Positions 16,472 through 26,038 of a stretch of DNA of 55,347 nucleotides are shown here, piece after piece (position 1 is the stretch's first letter; each line of letters begins with the position of its first letter). This DNA is from a virus (lineage: Duplodnaviria > Caudoviricetes). The notes under the pieces were generated by a model. It saw only the letters and a program-made list of their open reading frames with translations. It was not told the DNA's origin and searched no databases. A program made the translations under genes and the position numbers. The DNA is taken from the IMG/VR virus record IMGVR_UViG_3300046170_000038, positions 1-55,347 of that record, one strand, 5' to 3'.

Positions 16472-18365
16472 TAACTATTTGCCTACTGACTATCAGACTT
16501 TCATTGCTACTAGCCGCTATGCACGATGGTTAGAGGATGAAGGACGCCGTGAGACATGGGGAGAAACAGTAGAACGATACCTACAAAACATTGCAAAGAC
16601 TTGGCTCAAGCCTGTTGATCTACAGGAAGTACGTGAGGCTATCCTTAGCCTTGAGGTCATGCCTAGTATGAGGTCAATGATGACAGCAGGTAAGGCTGCA
16701 GATCGTGACAATACCTGTATGTATAACTGTAGCTACCTACCCGTAGATGATCCTAAGTCTTTTGATGAGGCTATGTTCATCCTCCTTTGCGGGACGGGGG
16801 TTGGTTTCAGTGTTGAGCGTCAGTTCATTACTAAACTCCCTGATGTTCCTACTCTTTTCCAAAGCGAAACGTGTGTCGTCATCAAGGACAGCAAGGAAGG
16901 ATGGGCTAAAGGGCTGAGACAAGTTTTGGCACTCCTATGGGCTGGCGAAATTCCCAAGTGGGACGTATCTAAAGTCAGGCCAGCAGGTGCAAGACTAAAG
17001 ACATTTGGTGGTAGGGCATCAGGCCCAGCACCATTGATTGATCTGTTTAACTTTGCTATCACTACATTCAAACAGTCACAAGGACGTAAGCTGTCCAGCC
17101 TAGAGTGTCACGATCTTATGTGTAAGATTGGTGAGGTAGTAGTGGTCGGTGGTGTACGCCGTAGTGCTATGATTAGTTTATCTAATCTATCTGATGATCG
17201 TATGCGCCATGCCAAGTCAGGTAACTGGTGGGAGAATGCAGCACACAGAGCATTAGCTAATAACTCAGTATCTTATACAGAAAAACCAGACAGCATGGCA
17301 TTCATGCGTGAGTGGACAGCCCTAATGGAGAGTGGTAGTGGTGAACGAGGTATCTTCAACAGAGAAGCATCAGTTAAACAAGCTGCAAAGAATGGCCGTA
17401 GAGAGTCTTGCTATGAGTTCGGAACCAATCCATGTTCGGAAATCATACTTAGGCCAAATCAGTTCTGTAATCTTACGGAAGTTGTCATACGTGCTAACGA
17501 CAGTCTGGAAGACCTTGCAAGAAAAACCCGCATTGCAACTATACTTGGAACAATACAGTCCACCTACACAAACTTTCCATACTTGCGAAAAGTGTGGAAC
17601 ACCAATACAGCAGCGGAAAGATTGCTAGGTGTATCACTAACAGGAATAATGGACAATAAGCTGATGACCTTGGAGAACAAAGGGTTGTCCGAAACATTGG
17701 AGCATCTTAAAAATGTGGCTGTTTCTACTAACGCTGAGTGGGCTGACCGTCTTGGTATCCCTCATAGCACTGCTATTACTTGTGTCAAGCCCAGTGGAAC
17801 AGTTTCCCAACTGGTTGATTCATCTTCTGGCATTCATGCTCGTCACTCTCCCTATTATATCCGTACTGTGCGTGGAGATAATAAAGACCCATTGACAGAG
17901 TTTATGAAGGCACAAGGTATACCTAACGAACCTGACGTTATGAAGCCTGACGCTACTACAGTGTTTAGCTTTCCTATGCAGTCACCTCTTGGTGCAGTAC
18001 ACACGGCTGACATGACAGCAATACAACAACTAGACATGTGGCTTATGTATCAGAGACATTGGTGTGAGCATAAACCTAGTGTAACTATTAATGTCAAGGC
18101 AGATGAATGGCTAGAGGTAGGGGCATTTGTGTACAAACACTTTGATGAAATGTCAGGAGTGTCATTCCTACCTTTCAATGAACATACATACCAACAGGCT
18201 CCGTATCAGGAATGTACAAAGGAAGAGTTCTTTGATATGATTGATGCATCACCTGCTAAGATTGATTGGACTAAGCTATCTGAATACGAACAGGAAGATA
18301 ATACTAGCGGTGTGCAGACTATGGCATGTACTGGTGATGTTTGTGAGATGGTAGACATAACCTAA
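16464..18365 (+). CDS. nrdJ: Class II (adenosylcobalamin-dependent) ribonucleotide reductase
   Basis: MPSMR, YNCS, GTGVGFS, GGVRRSA, TNPCSE and TCVKPSGT; C-terminal CxxxxC; no beta-subunit gene nearby. Confidence 0.93.
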   Translation: MNNNYLPTDYQTFIATSRYARWLEDEGRRETWGETVERYLQNIAKTWLKPVDLQEVREAILSLEVMPSMRSMMTAGKAADRDNTCMYNCSYLPVDDPKSFDEAMFILLCGTGVGFSVERQFITKLPDVPTLFQSETCVVIKDSKEGWAKGLRQVLALLWAGEIPKWDVSKVRPAGARLKTFGGRASGPAPLIDLFNFAITTFKQSQGRKLSSLECHDLMCKIGEVVVVGGVRRSAMISLSNLSDDRMRHAKSGNWWENAAHRALANNSVSYTEKPDSMAFMREWTALMESGSGERGIFNREASVKQAAKNGRRESCYEFGTNPCSEIILRPNQFCNLTEVVIRANDSLEDLARKTRIATILGTIQSTYTNFPYLRKVWNTNTAAERLLGVSLTGIMDNKLMTLENKGLSETLEHLKNVAVSTNAEWADRLGIPHSTAITCVKPSGTVSQLVDSSSGIHARHSPYYIRTVRGDNKDPLTEFMKAQGIPNEPDVMKPDATTVFSFPMQSPLGAVHTADMTAIQQLDMWLMYQRHWCEHKPSVTINVKADEWLEVGAFVYKHFDEMSGVSFLPFNEHTYQQAPYQECTKEEFFDMIDASPAKIDWTKLSEYEQEDNTSGVQTMACTGDVCEMVDIT

Positions 18366-18847
18366 TGCAACTTGAGATGTTTGAAATACTAAGTCCTGAA
18401 CCTTACGAGGGCGGCATAGAGTGTAACAACTGTGGTGTAGTTCAACCTATTGATAACTTTCAACAAATGTTAGCAGGAGAAATAAAAAGAAAGTGTAGAA
18501 CCTGTGCTAGAAATCAATCAGGACTTATCAAACATCTTAAGTCTTTGCATCCATACCCTGATGAAAACTATTGCTGTCCTATCTGCAATAGAAATATTAA
18601 GGAGATAAGTAGAACAGGACAAAAAATGTTACAGTCTTGGGTACTAGATCACTGCCATGAAACAGAAACATTTAGGGCATGGCTATGCTTTAATTGTAAT
18701 ACAGGACTTGGTGCTTTTAAAGATAACCTTGATAGAGTAAAAAAAGCTAAAACTTATTTAGAAGATCATATGTACAAACAAAAGGAGAACTATTATGATA
18801 TGGGTTTATACAGTAGTAATGATGATGATAGAACCAACAACAAGTGA
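18365..18847 (+). CDS. Endonuclease VII-like (His-Me) nuclease
   Basis: CPIC...LDHCH...RAWLCFNCNTGLG; additional N-terminal CxxC pairs. Confidence 0.85.
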   Translation: MQLEMFEILSPEPYEGGIECNNCGVVQPIDNFQQMLAGEIKRKCRTCARNQSGLIKHLKSLHPYPDENYCCPICNRNIKEISRTGQKMLQSWVLDHCHETETFRAWLCFNCNTGLGAFKDNLDRVKKAKTYLEDHMYKQKENYYDMGLYSSNDDDRTNNK

Positions 18848-19016
18848 AAAAACTTTCATAGTGTTTTCACCAAACACAGCATTTACAAATGAAGAGTCTT
18901 GCCAACAATGGAGAGAGGTAGATATGTTGAGGCTCTACAATTCAAGGCCAAGTGAAAATGCAAAAGCAGTTAGTCAATGCTTTCCATTTCCTTTTAATGT
19001 AGATAAAGGAACATAG
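18795..19016 (+). CDS. Hypothetical protein
   Basis: AAGGAG SD; hydrophobic N-terminus with a Cys pair. Confidence 0.65.
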   Translation: MIWVYTVVMMMIEPTTSEKTFIVFSPNTAFTNEESCQQWREVDMLRLYNSRPSENAKAVSQCFPFPFNVDKGT

Positions 19017-19019
19017 GTA

Positions 19020-19048
19020 TTGACATACGCTTTACATAATGATAATGT
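19020..19048 (+). promoter_or_regulatory. Sigma70-type promoter
   Basis: TTGACA-N17-TAATGT, intergenic. Confidence 0.6.
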
Positions 19049-19075
19049 TGCCCTGTAACTCAATAAGGAAATAAC

Positions 19076-19525
19076 ATGACCGCTTACAGAAAACCTTTCT
19101 CGCATAATCTCTACGGTAAATACGATGGTGTAGCTAAAAAAACTCTAATCAAACACCTTGAGTATCATGGACATACTGTAGTAAACAGTGAGGAATCTTA
19201 TGATGCTGACGTAGTAACACAAGAGGGTGGAGAAACATACTTCAATGAAGCAGAGGTAAAGGCTGCATGGAAAGGAGATTGGCCTACACACTGGACAGAG
19301 ATACGCATACCTGAACGTAAGAAGAAGTTGTTAAGCAAGCACAAAGGCAACCTGACGTTCTACATCTTTCGTGAAGACATGAAACAGGCATGGTGTATTG
19401 ACAGTTCATTACTGACTGATGATAAATTAAAGGTAGCAAAGGGCAGAAACATAATGAAGGGTGAGCAGTTCTATCACATACCTTATGTAGATGCTAAGTT
19501 AATCAATGTAAAGGAAGCGGCATGA
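19076..19525 (+). CDS. Hypothetical protein, possible PD-(D/E)XK fold
   Basis: ADVV...EAEVK motif. Confidence 0.6.
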   Translation: MTAYRKPFSHNLYGKYDGVAKKTLIKHLEYHGHTVVNSEESYDADVVTQEGGETYFNEAEVKAAWKGDWPTHWTEIRIPERKKKLLSKHKGNLTFYIFREDMKQAWCIDSSLLTDDKLKVAKGRNIMKGEQFYHIPYVDAKLINVKEAA

Positions 19526-19779
19526 GAAAGCCAATGAACCGTAATGCAAGGGGGTTGGGCAAATACGATGCCCCACTCAAGGTACAGTATCAGCAGGGAT
19601 ACTATGCCTTCAAGAGAGGTGGGCAAGTAAACCCCTTTCACTCAGACACTATGCAGTTCCGTGAGTGGAATAGAGGATACGACAAAGCCTACCATGAGAA
19701 CTTAACAAAGGTAAAGAAGGATGAACAGCTTAGAGAAAGACGTAAAGACATTCATGGAGGGCAAGTACAGCATGTCTGA
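19522..19779 (+). CDS. Ribosome-modulation-factor (Rmf)-like small protein
   Basis: YQQGYYAFKRG...NPF...EWNRGY matches the Rmf pattern GY-x-A-x3-G...P...W-x2-G-(W/Y). Confidence 0.5.
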   Translation: MRKPMNRNARGLGKYDAPLKVQYQQGYYAFKRGGQVNPFHSDTMQFREWNRGYDKAYHENLTKVKKDEQLRERRKDIHGGQVQHV

Positions 19780-20095
19780 TTTCAATTCGTATCAAAGATC
19801 AGCAGCAACCACAGCTATCTATACAGACAAGGTTGTGTATCCTGCACTGGGTCTTGTTGGTGAGGCAGGTGAGGTAGCCAACAAGGTTAAGAAGGTCTTA
19901 CGTGATAAGGATGGGGTCTTTACATCTGAGGATAGGGACGCTATAGCCAAGGAGATTGGTGATGTACTGTGGTACTGTGCCGCACTAGCCACTGATCTTG
20001 AATTAACATTAGGTTATATAGCTAGTCAGAATGAGTTGAAGTTATCTAAGCGTAAAGCTAACGGTACTATTGGTGGTAGTGGTGACGATAGGTAA
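19721..20095 (+). CDS. mazG: MazG-like NTP pyrophosphohydrolase
   Basis: LGLVGEAGEVANKVKK and KEIGDVLWY. Confidence 0.9.
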   Translation: MNSLEKDVKTFMEGKYSMSDFNSYQRSAATTAIYTDKVVYPALGLVGEAGEVANKVKKVLRDKDGVFTSEDRDAIAKEIGDVLWYCAALATDLELTLGYIASQNELKLSKRKANGTIGGSGDDR

Positions 20096-20129
20096 AAGAA
20101 AAGGGGGGCTTAATTGCCCCCTCACTTTA
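20096..20129. terminator. Terminator hairpin where the two transcription arms converge (probably bidirectional)
   Basis: A-tract, then GGGGGC-TTAATT-GCCCCC, then TCACTTT, between convergent stops. Confidence 0.85.
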
Positions 20130-23100
20130 TTGCCTAGCCATTAAACCTGATTTTATTTCTTTAGGTATTACAGCAGAAGTTTCATTTATTCCTTCAATGT
20201 AACTCTTTAGTAAAATAACATCTTCAATATTATTAGGATCAAACTTTCTATCTGGGCCTTTTTCATCCCAATCCTGTAATGCTCCACGTTTTTTACTCTT
20301 AGGTATCTTTAAATACTCTGCCCTAGCAACAGTCTTAAAAAAATTAACCTGTATTCCCTGCAGTTTTTTTCCTAGTGCAGTATACTCTGAATTATTAGTA
20401 CCTTTTTCTTGTCTTACTTTATTCATTTCATCTACTACAGATTGTTTTCTATCTTGTAAAGCTGTAGCTTGGGGTAAAGTTATATTAAATTTATTACCTT
20501 CCCCGTATTTAATTCTAGCTAAAGACCTGTATACATTCATTTGACTTTCTATTTCAGTAATAACTTTATTGTTTACAAACTGTTCCTGTGTATACTTACC
20601 GTGCAAGCTGCTGTCTTCTTTGTAGTCTTCAATTAAGTCAGCTTCTTTTTTCTTCATGTCTTTTAAAAATACTGGCATAAAAGATAGCATCAATGCATCT
20701 TCAGCAGCTTTTATGTCAGGTTCTTTTGTTCTACTCTCAAACTTCCATGCAGGAAAACCTTTCTCCTGTAAATATTCGGCAGCTTCATTTTTCTGGCCCC
20801 TCATATTGATACCAAAGAAAGCAGCAATAGGATTACCTCTCCTGTTAGGAGACATAAACCCTTCATTTATAGGATCATTCTGTAAAATAGTTGGATCACT
20901 TTGATCCGCATACTGTATGCCACCTGCACGTTTCTTCATCTTAAACTCTTCACTAGGATTAAACAAGTTGGCATTTTCTGGTCCAGTAAGTATCTGTCCT
21001 TGGTCTAAAGATTCTCCAAAAGAATAACTAAAAGCACCCGCTAAATTTTCTGCTGTGCTGCCTGTAAGTATAGGACGATCTGCCTTCCTAGTATTAATAT
21101 AGCTTTCACTTGGCCTGTACTCTGCTATCCTTTGTGCATCAAGTACCTGTCGCATTGGAGATAAGAAACTATTTACATACTGACCTACAGCTTTTCCTAA
21201 AGCATCAGCAGCTTTTTGATCTGACTCTGGCGTACCTGCACCACCTGCAATTTTAGAAATTTCTTCTATGAATACATTGCCTGTACCTGTACGAAATGTA
21301 GTACCAGCAAATGTTTCCATAAATTCTTTAACATCAAACCAATCATTAAAAGTACCTTGCAGTTCCTCTGTCTTACCAAAAGTTACAGCCTGTGCCTGTG
21401 GTACAAACTTAGCTACATCAGGGTCAAGTCTTTTCATAGCCTCGCCTATCCATAGCATTTGCCGTAGTGGAAATTGAGGGGTAGTATCTACACCCATTCC
21501 TTCTTCAACAAACCTGCCTCTAACTTCTTTATAGTCTGCAGGGGCATCTTCACTTGCTCTGTAATTATAGGCGGCACAAATGGCAGCTAATCCAGTTATG
21601 TTACGAGATATTCCTTGCCTGTTTTTAGCTGAAAGGGCTACCTCACTAAGGCCCTCTTTAGTACGTGCTATATTACCTTTTCCTTTAATAACAGCCGTTA
21701 CAGCACTTAAAGCTGGCCTAAATGCACCAGAAGAATACTGCGCCATTAGTTCCATAGAGTTAAACATAAATCTTGGGAAGGGTATAATAGGTGTAAGTCC
21801 GTTACGTGTAATGAAATTACTTGCATCTCTAAATGCTTTTATGTCTGGTGCTTTAGCGTAGGTAACGTCTAATGCACGTTTGGTTGCTTGCTCAAGTAAG
21901 TTTTCAAACTTAGGTGATCCTTTACCTCTAACTGTACTAGAGTTAGAAATAAAATCCTGCAGTTTTCCTTCTTTCAATGCCTGAACAAAGTCAACTCCTT
22001 TACCATCTATTTTATAATGTCTCTTGACTAGCCGTTCTAGTTCTCCAACAAAAACACCTCTACGTATTAAGTGTTCTTGCAACCTGTTTGGTCCATTAAG
22101 TACATCAACAACACTCTCACCTCTTTTCAAAAGAGCATCTGTTACTTTCCATGCAGCACCACCCTCAGAACCAGAGCCTAATGCTTTTTGATATTCATTA
22201 ATATTATTAAGTAAGTTGTCATGTTGTTTTTCAAACTCAGGACGTTTAAGTATAAACTCTGTAAGTTCATTAGCCATTCTAGGACTAGAAAAAATGTACT
22301 TCATATGAGACATTGAGCCTGTCCAGTAACCTGTTTTAGAGAATGGACTTACTTCTCTAATTAAACCCTTAACACCGTCCTGTCCAAGTGCATATATAGC
22401 AGAGTCAAATAAATTTTCTACAGCTTCCATTGGCGCTCTCATACCAGCAGACTGTAAGTTACGCATGGCAGTTTTAAATTGACTAACCATTAAACCACGG
22501 CGCATGTTCTCTAGTCTACGCCATGTTTGCATTGGCTTACTCTGTTGGTTAGCCCGTATTCTATCTTTAGCCGCATCAATCTCAGACAGATTACCTGCCT
22601 TCCTAATTTGAGATAGTTTGTTAAGTATCTTACCTGCCTCAGAACCTGAACCTGCTACAGCCAATACGTACTCGTCAAAAGACATACCATACTTAGCCAA
22701 CATATCAGCTAGTTCTTGGTTTGTATTTACGTCTAGTTTATTTGCTACAGTTAAATCAAACAAGCTGTCTATAATTGTTTTATCTTTTGGAAATGCACCG
22801 GGATTTTTCTTAGCAAACTCAGATGCAATAGATACCAATGCATTAAATTTTTCTGGCCTAACTAAAGGTGACACTAAATCATCTACCTCTTCTGTAAGTC
22901 CTGTAAATGCTTGGTCTTCATCCATACGTAGTGTATCAACAGGTGCGCCTGTATCAGTAGCTTGCTGTGCCATCCTTGCCTCTGCAGCCTCAATAATATT
23001 AAGGTCTGCCTGACTTGGCTCAACACCCACCTGTCCTCTTGCAGATACTACTCTTGCTCTAGCTTCCTGTAACTCCTGTACATCTGCTGCTACAGCCCTA

Positions 23101-24212
23101 CCTGCCTCACGCATTCTATCAAAGTCTACTACTTGATTGCCATCAGCATCAATTTTAAGTACACCCAACTCAGCGTTAGAGCCTGTGCCAAGGGTTACTT
23201 CCATCCACTCTTCTGCAATACGTGCCTGTAATTCTGGTGCTGCCTGTGCTGTTGTTGCAGACAGTGCCGTAGTTTCTGCTGTGCTTGCTTCAGTAGCCTC
23301 AAGTATTGTATCCATTTGTTGTCTGGTTGTTTCGTATGGTTTACCAGTAACAAGTTCTTTACCTTTACGTATTACTGCAGTACCACCGACTATACCAGCA
23401 GCAAGTTCTGCAGCAGCTAGTGATGCAAAGCCTACAGCCTTGGCTCTGTCTCCCTCAAGCCACATTTGCCTAGATGATTCTAGTGTATCTGGTATGTCTA
23501 GTATACCCATAGCAGTACCTAAGAACGGTGTCCACTCAGAACCATTCATTACGTATGCAATACTATTAATGTCTAGCCCCGCATCAATTAATTCTGTTGC
23601 TAGTTTTTGACGTACAGGATTACTGTTGTCTTCTAAGGCAGTAGAAATATCATTGTATCTATTTACAAGTTTATCTTCTAGTCCTCTTTCTTCAAAGCCT
23701 TCGCCCCTTGACAATTTAAATGCTGCCATAGTTTCTGCTTGTTGCTTTGCAAAAGAACTAGGATATTGCTCAGTAGCACTTTCTAAATCTTCAATAGTTT
23801 CTTCAATACGTTCTACACCTTCTTGAGCCTCTTGACCTAAACCTTCCCATTGTGCCACTAATAATTTATTTAAAGTTTGTTGAGATTCAAAGTCTGCCAG
23901 ATTAGATGTATCTTTTATTTGAACAATATTATCACCCTCTTTCAAAGGTCTACTAGCTAATTGTTCTGAGATAGTTTCTATAGATGTTTCACTGTCGTTT
24001 ATATCTTTAGGTGTGGGAATTATAGTAGTTTCAACTTCAGGCTCTTTACCTGCAGTATCCAATTCAACAGTATTTAAATCAATAGAACGATTTATACCAC
24101 TTAAACTAGAAGTTGGTTTTGCTACAGGTGCAGTAACTACAGGAGTGTCATTGGTAGTTTCTTTTTCATTAGCAAATACATTTCTAACAGTTACGTTATC
24201 TAAAACACCCAT
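20127..24212 (-). CDS. Large internal virion (ejection) protein
   Basis: 1361 aa, last gene of the late arm; size and position analogous to T7 gp16. Inferred. Confidence 0.65.
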   Translation of the reverse strand: MGVLDNVTVRNVFANEKETTNDTPVVTAPVAKPTSSLSGINRSIDLNTVELDTAGKEPEVETTIIPTPKDINDSETSIETISEQLASRPLKEGDNIVQIKDTSNLADFESQQTLNKLLVAQWEGLGQEAQEGVERIEETIEDLESATEQYPSSFAKQQAETMAAFKLSRGEGFEERGLEDKLVNRYNDISTALEDNSNPVRQKLATELIDAGLDINSIAYVMNGSEWTPFLGTAMGILDIPDTLESSRQMWLEGDRAKAVGFASLAAAELAAGIVGGTAVIRKGKELVTGKPYETTRQQMDTILEATEASTAETTALSATTAQAAPELQARIAEEWMEVTLGTGSNAELGVLKIDADGNQVVDFDRMREAGRAVAADVQELQEARARVVSARGQVGVEPSQADLNIIEAAEARMAQQATDTGAPVDTLRMDEDQAFTGLTEEVDDLVSPLVRPEKFNALVSIASEFAKKNPGAFPKDKTIIDSLFDLTVANKLDVNTNQELADMLAKYGMSFDEYVLAVAGSGSEAGKILNKLSQIRKAGNLSEIDAAKDRIRANQQSKPMQTWRRLENMRRGLMVSQFKTAMRNLQSAGMRAPMEAVENLFDSAIYALGQDGVKGLIREVSPFSKTGYWTGSMSHMKYIFSSPRMANELTEFILKRPEFEKQHDNLLNNINEYQKALGSGSEGGAAWKVTDALLKRGESVVDVLNGPNRLQEHLIRRGVFVGELERLVKRHYKIDGKGVDFVQALKEGKLQDFISNSSTVRGKGSPKFENLLEQATKRALDVTYAKAPDIKAFRDASNFITRNGLTPIIPFPRFMFNSMELMAQYSSGAFRPALSAVTAVIKGKGNIARTKEGLSEVALSAKNRQGISRNITGLAAICAAYNYRASEDAPADYKEVRGRFVEEGMGVDTTPQFPLRQMLWIGEAMKRLDPDVAKFVPQAQAVTFGKTEELQGTFNDWFDVKEFMETFAGTTFRTGTGNVFIEEISKIAGGAGTPESDQKAADALGKAVGQYVNSFLSPMRQVLDAQRIAEYRPSESYINTRKADRPILTGSTAENLAGAFSYSFGESLDQGQILTGPENANLFNPSEEFKMKKRAGGIQYADQSDPTILQNDPINEGFMSPNRRGNPIAAFFGINMRGQKNEAAEYLQEKGFPAWKFESRTKEPDIKAAEDALMLSFMPVFLKDMKKKEADLIEDYKEDSSLHGKYTQEQFVNNKVITEIESQMNVYRSLARIKYGEGNKFNITLPQATALQDRKQSVVDEMNKVRQEKGTNNSEYTALGKKLQGIQVNFFKTVARAEYLKIPKSKKRGALQDWDEKGPDRKFDPNNIEDVILLKSYIEGINETSAVIPKEIKSGLMARQ

Positions 24213-25303
24213 TAAAATACGCCTCTTGTTCCCATTATTCCTTGTTGTGGTTGTCCTGTTTTTTTATCTGTCCATTGTATAACATCACCTTCTTTGTATA
24301 CACCTCTTTCAATTTTATCTTCTACTACGCTTTGTGCTTCAATAGGATGCATTGTAACATTTGCAGGACCATTACCATTATTTATTTTTTTTATGTATGC
24401 GGCTGATCTTTTTGTAAACTCTTTTTCTGCTGCAAGTACTCTTTGCTCCATAAATTTATCAGGAACAAAACCTTCTATTGGGTTAGTTACAAACTCATTC
24501 TTTTGTATATTTATAATAACACTATTGACTTCTAATTCTTCAACTTCATTACCTATAATAATTTTTTCAGTCATAGTACTTAAATCTGTTTTTACTCTAC
24601 CAAAAGATTTATATACATCTGTGGCTGTATCACGTAACATTTTTAATCCTCTGGCTTGGTCAACTCCTAATTGACCTGAAGGATCACCACCACTGTCTTT
24701 AGTTGCTGCTGCTTTCCACTCAGCATGTCCTTCTTTTAAAATTGTTTTCTGTCTTTCCCATTCTGCTAAAGCATCTGCATCATCTAGTGGTATACTTATC
24801 TTAGCCTCATAATGACTAGACAATTTATCTTCCCAACTATTCTTTTCAGCTTTTACTTTTGGGGGTATAGGTTTAAATGTAATACTGCCAGTAGTTAAAC
24901 CTTGAGGTGCAGATGCGGCACTAGCAGAAGTAACATCAGGTAAATCTTCACCTGTTATTTGACCAATCTTTACTTGAGTAGCTGGATCAACACCTGCTTT
25001 AACATAAAGGTCTGCTTGTTTTAATGCTTCTTGTGCAAACCCCTTTCCTTTTTCTACAAATTTAGCTGCATTTTCATCTCCAAAATGAAATGACAAAGAG
25101 GCTAATAAAGTTTCAGCATCTTTTTGTTTAGCTACACGTGCGGCTTTTCTGGCCCTTGATGCTGCACGTGCCTCTGTAGCAATTTGCCACTGTTGTTGTT
25201 GTTCAGTAACCTCATCTTCTCTATTTTGTTGTGCAAATCTTTCTAATGTTCTAGTACCAGCACGTGCGCCACCACCTAAAAATGCCCCAAAGTTAAAAGC
25301 CAT
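24212..25303 (-). CDS. Putative internal virion protein
   Basis: MAFNFGAFLGGGA N-terminus, coiled coil; operon position. Confidence 0.55.
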   Translation of the reverse strand: MAFNFGAFLGGGARAGTRTLERFAQQNREDEVTEQQQQWQIATEARAASRARKAARVAKQKDAETLLASLSFHFGDENAAKFVEKGKGFAQEALKQADLYVKAGVDPATQVKIGQITGEDLPDVTSASAASAPQGLTTGSITFKPIPPKVKAEKNSWEDKLSSHYEAKISIPLDDADALAEWERQKTILKEGHAEWKAAATKDSGGDPSGQLGVDQARGLKMLRDTATDVYKSFGRVKTDLSTMTEKIIIGNEVEELEVNSVIINIQKNEFVTNPIEGFVPDKFMEQRVLAAEKEFTKRSAAYIKKINNGNGPANVTMHPIEAQSVVEDKIERGVYKEGDVIQWTDKKTGQPQQGIMGTRGVF

Positions 25304-25827
25304 TACATTTCTCCTTGAACTTGGTTCATATCACGACTAGGCCGTGCCATAAGGCCACTTGCAAGCGGTCTTTTTTTAGTTACTTCAACAGGCTTGTCTT
25401 CTTTTATTTCTGGTTTTTTATCTTTTAAATTCTTCATAGCTAGTGCAATTTTACTAGGTGATATAATGTCTTGATCTATTTTTTCTGATCCATCCATACT
25501 GTATTCTATCTCAGCTTCGTCTGCAACATATGCAATTAATTCCATAAGTACTGGTAATAATAAAATTGATACATCAATAGTATGCATACCTTCCATAGCA
25601 CCTGACTGTACTATTATTTCAGCAATAGAAGTTACAGGTGTACCCATTTCAAGTGCATCTATTAATGAATCATTTAATGAAGGGTCAGTAATTTTATTAG
25701 CATAATGTTCTAATGCATCTTCTACTGTTGAATACTTAGCAGGTTGTTGCCAAGGTCTTGCACCTATCTCAGTAGTCAAAGACTGACCGGGAATTGGTCC
25801 ATCCATAAGGGGATTAAACTCAGCCAT
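25303..25827 (-). CDS. Hypothetical virion-associated protein
   Basis: DGPIPGQSLT...PWQQP motif; coupled ORF. Confidence 0.65.
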   Translation of the reverse strand: MAEFNPLMDGPIPGQSLTTEIGARPWQQPAKYSTVEDALEHYANKITDPSLNDSLIDALEMGTPVTSIAEIIVQSGAMEGMHTIDVSILLLPVLMELIAYVADEAEIEYSMDGSEKIDQDIISPSKIALAMKNLKDKKPEIKEDKPVEVTKKRPLASGLMARPSRDMNQVQGEM

Positions 25828-26026
25828 TTTGCATTCCCGCCCGTAGCTTCTGTAATATTTTAAATTGATCTATAAGATAATTATCATCAGCCATGTTAGT
25901 ATCTTCCTCAACGGGTTTATTACGTGAAAGTAAACCTGATTGTTTTGCAGGTTCTTCTTTAGGCTGCATCATCATACTTTTATTCATGTAGTCTCTATAA
26001 GCTGTAGCAGCTTGTCCCTTTAACAT
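25820..26026 (-). CDS. Small hypothetical protein
   Basis: GGGGA SD; contains SGLLSR. Confidence 0.65.
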   Translation of the reverse strand: MLKGQAATAYRDYMNKSMMMQPKEEPAKQSGLLSRNKPVEEDTNMADDNYLIDQFKILQKLRAGMQNG

Positions 26027-26038
26027 TACATTCCCCTA

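Noticed and set aside
11292-18365. Inteins or introns in polA or nrdJ
   Set aside because: Both ORFs are continuous and of normal length, with no intein splice motifs; the polA insert is a zinc finger.
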